NCBI GenBank assembly: GCA_017654855.1
Contig: CM030333.1
Coordinates: 496,001-560,000 of the forward strand
Source of the DNA: Podospora anserina
Lineage: Eukaryota
Direction of reading: 5' to 3'
DNA length: 64,000 nucleotides
The notes under the pieces were generated by a model. The model was not told the DNA's origin. It worked only from the letters and a program-made list of their open reading frames with translations, and searched no databases. Position numbers and translations under genes: made by a program. Below, piece by piece: positions 60,914 through 64,000 of the stretch. Position 1 is the first letter of the stretch; each line of letters starts with the position of its first letter.

Positions 60914-61171
60914 TCATCGGTACCGGCTGCCGTGTGAGCTTTTGTGTGATCTCTGGCCGTGGGAGTGGTAGCCCGAGTCGGAATACTGGGAGTATCCGTA
61001 GTCGTCATATCCGCTGGAGTGTGCTGTGTGATCCGCGCAGGCGTACCCAACCAATATCGTCCTCTGCTGGATCGTGTGGCCTACACGACCATATGCCGCA
61101 CAACGGTCGATGGCGTGCTGGTAGTACAAGCAGCGGCAAGATGAGTACCGCTCGATCAACTGGTAGCACAT
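60914..61171 (-). CDS. Small Cys/His/Tyr-rich protein, 85 aa (MCYQLIERYSSCRCLYYQHAIDRC...VGYACADH...), unknown function
   Basis: ATG in good context (AGCATCATG, A at -3) after a CA/pyrimidine-rich leader. Codons are biased to C/G endings (TAC, TGC, CAC, ATC). The MC-x6-Y-x2-C-x-C...H...C...C-x2-H pattern resembles small hypothetical ascomycete proteins as I recall them. It is the C-terminal part of ORF 60914..61684. Confidence 0.7.
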   Translation of the reverse strand: MCYQLIERYSSCRCLYYQHAIDRCAAYGRVGHTIQQRTILVGYACADHTAHSSGYDDYGYSQYSDSGYHSHGQRSHKSSHGSRYR

Positions 61172-64000
61172 GATGCTGACTTGAGCTTGAGACTGAGTGT
61201 GAGTGTCTGTATGTATACTGGGGGTAGGAGGTGTCGTCCGTGCAGAGGGTGTTGACTGCCGGAGCGGGAGGTGGTGGTGGGGTTGCTGTGATGGGATGTG
61301 TGATCTGATCCGATCTGATGTGTATCTGACTATCGAAAACCAAGGCTTGGTGTGCGAACTTGTGTAGAGGGGTCGAGTGAAAGTGCACGAGATTCCTGAG
61401 AGCGAAGGCCAAAATAAATATAGGAGCAATACCGAAGGGGTGGCAGAGCCCGAATTCGAGGTGTGCAAGAAGAGTGCGAAGCGAATGGCAACGCAAGGCA
61501 AGCAACAGAACAAGAGAAATGAGTAATTAGGCAATACACCTTCATGCAAGCCAGTTGTGAATGTTCGACTCATCATCTCCAGACCGAAAGAGGACATCGT
61601 AGGAGCCTTATAGGCGTAGGAGCCTGTCGAAGGTCTCCAGCCGTTGTTTGGAGGGGACCTGCGTCTGCGGCGTGAAGGCAGCAATCACCACCTGCTGCCA
61701 GGGGAAGGATAGGGATAGTAGCTCACACCTCGCCCTCAGTAACCAGACTCCAGCATAGAGCCATGCAGACTAACGCAACGGAAGAGGGCGCAGGGACCGT
61801 TGTTGGGTGGTCCATGAACCGGTACATGGCTCTGTTTGGCATGGTGTTCTCTGGCGGATGCACAAGGTGCATGTCATGGTGCAGGGTGCAGGTGTTGTTT
61901 GGGAGACTTCGCAGTCCTGTTGAACGCAGGTGCGACAGAAATCGACGGTAGGTGGGTGGGTTCTGCTGGTACGAAGTCGCAGTACTAGCGGTTGGCCGGC
62001 AGGGATAGCTCCTGGAGGGTACAGCGACACCTCACCCCCCAGCCCCCAACTAAACGGAACCCAAGCATCATAACGGAGCGCGGCAATCTGACTGCAGTGC
62101 CGGGGAAGCCCGTTATTGCGGCGTGACTCTCTCTCTAGTGTCGAGCTTCGCGGGTACCGGACGACAAGGTCACTCATCGCCGCCCTTGATTGAATTGGTG
62201 TGTGCCATCTGCCGTCTTAGAGCTTGCTTCCAGAATTGGCAGATACATTAGGGCACAGGACACAGAACGAGACGCTGACGTCAAAAGCCACATAGGCCAC
62301 TCCCGCCATGCCTGAGGTTCCATTTTCGCAAACAACACGCGAGCTGCTTGTGCTGTGCGTATTTGCTGATGCGTCTTTTTTCATGACGGCCAGCATGAAC
62401 CAGTGCATCAGACTCGGTGTGTGTTGTATGGCGCGGTGTGGTGTTGGTGATGGTGGGTGGTAGTGAGGTACAGCGGGAGCCACTGCAGGAGACAAAGTAC
62501 TGCAGCGTGATGCAAGCGCGCTCCAGCGATCGATAATCAGATCTTGGGACCTGCCGGAGCAATATTGCCTGCGTCGGGTCAACTCTACTGCTGCAGGCAT
62601 CAATGTGCCACGACAGCAGCATTGACCGAGTACATACATACTCCAACAACTTCCAGCGTGGTTTTTTGTTCGGTAAACTATGCAAGCAATATCGACGACT
62701 GATCATCAAAGGTCCCGGATCTAGGTGGGCCGCTGCGCATTCCGGCTTTTCCAAGCAACTCAGGAAGCAGATGTCGCAGTTGACGCCGCGTTCAGCTCGA
62801 GGTCCTCTCGACTGTTCAAACACGCAACGCCGAGTTGCAATAGCAACCGAGACAAGTTCCGTCCATCATTCGACTTGTGGAGCAAGCTGGGCATCCTCGC
62901 AGCAGGGACGGCGATATCAGCCATCCTGTTCTTGGCAGGCCAGTTCGACGATGACCTTGCCGGGAGAGTCCAAGGCACACCCGCGGAGCCGTTCCCGGCC
63001 GTGAGTTAGGCGGCGGTCCTTCTGCTCCTTCAAAGCGGTCCCTCCCGTCGGCAAGTAAGGTAAGGAATCAACCATCATCATGCGCTGGGCCTTGACCTGG
63101 GAAGTCGGTCCGCCACATACTCCCACATCAGCAGTCTATTTGCTGAACCGCACCGAGAGCCGCAGAGCATTGTGGGTGCGGCGTAGATCTGAATCCTGTA
63201 TGTCGATGGGGCGTGCAGTGTACAAGCCTCAGCGGGGGTTTCGGGGGTGGTATGGCTGACCAGGCACCACGCCTTCGAAACTCGTAACGAGGAAACCAGT
63301 AAGGCGTCTCCAAAGATAGTTCGAGTTCATTGTGTAGCAGTGGGGGAAGTTGCTGTATTCTCCGATCCCATGCTGGAGTACTAAGTTAAGGTAGTTGACT
63401 TTGAGGTCCGAGAATCAGATGGTGTGTTGTACGAACAACGGACCCGGGGTTGTCTCCCGGGTATCTGGGTGGGTCAGTATAGACAAGGATGCTGACGACT
63501 TCACTAGTGATTTCTCTACTACTGACGAGAGATCATCACCAGCATATGATATCAGAGCGAACAGCCCAATCCATCCGCAACGAAGCGAGTTGAAACGGTC
63601 GTGCCAAGAAGAGATCGTAGAAACGGGACAGGGACCAGGGACGGGAGCATCTGATTGGCGTGCGGGAACCTGTGCTCACCGCCAAGGCTGTCAATGTTTC
63701 TTGAAACAAACCGCCGCTGCCATGGCGGCCTCTGTTTCCTGGCGCCGGTCCGGATCACGGAGTCGGGGGGCTTGACCGTGGGGCCGGGAGGATGCCGCTC
63801 AACTCGGCCATTGGGCGTGGTACGGAATGTCGACCGGAACCCTGACGGTCTTCTGTTCTGCTATGGCTAAATCTGCAGTCATCCTGTGTGGGTGCTCCCT
63901 CCCCTAGTTCGGCTACAGAATGGCATGACCGACATCGATACCAAAGATACTGGATTTAGCAGTTGGATCTCATCAGCACCCGAGTTTTAGGGCTATTGTT

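Overview
Eukaryotic, intron-containing DNA from a filamentous ascomycete. It is Sordariales-like and probably Podospora, an inference from protein similarity as I recall it and from the short introns (mostly 50-65 nt) with CTRAC branch sites. I can build 13 protein-coding gene models. They are a non-reducing DHN-melanin-type PKS (SAT-KS-AT-PT-ACP-ACP-TE), a neighbouring secreted Fet3/Abr1-type multicopper oxidase, DNA polymerase epsilon subunit B (DPB2, carrying a 1-nt frameshift), a 4-exon hypothetical protein, PC4/Sub1, a PXA-PX sorting-nexin-like protein, a DUF92/TMEM19 membrane protein, the SIN component Cdc14, GGPP synthase (al-3/BTS1 type), a Pex24-family peroxin, a Pom1/DYRK2-type kinase, a TPR-like/F-box protein and an 85-aa Cys/His/Tyr-rich microprotein. 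The 24.8-41.8 kb core is a compact housekeeping block. The intervals 0-5.3, 12.1-18.5, 20.4-24.8 and 54.5-64 kb are long and gene-poor. I found no tRNA, rRNA, CRISPR array or recognisable transposon. I cannot claim a clearly new multi-gene system. The best leads are the PKS + oxidase pair (the oxidase lacks Fet3 ferroxidase hallmarks), the isolated microprotein, the DPB2 frameshift, the complex GGPP-synthase leader and a dense CCGATA motif cluster.
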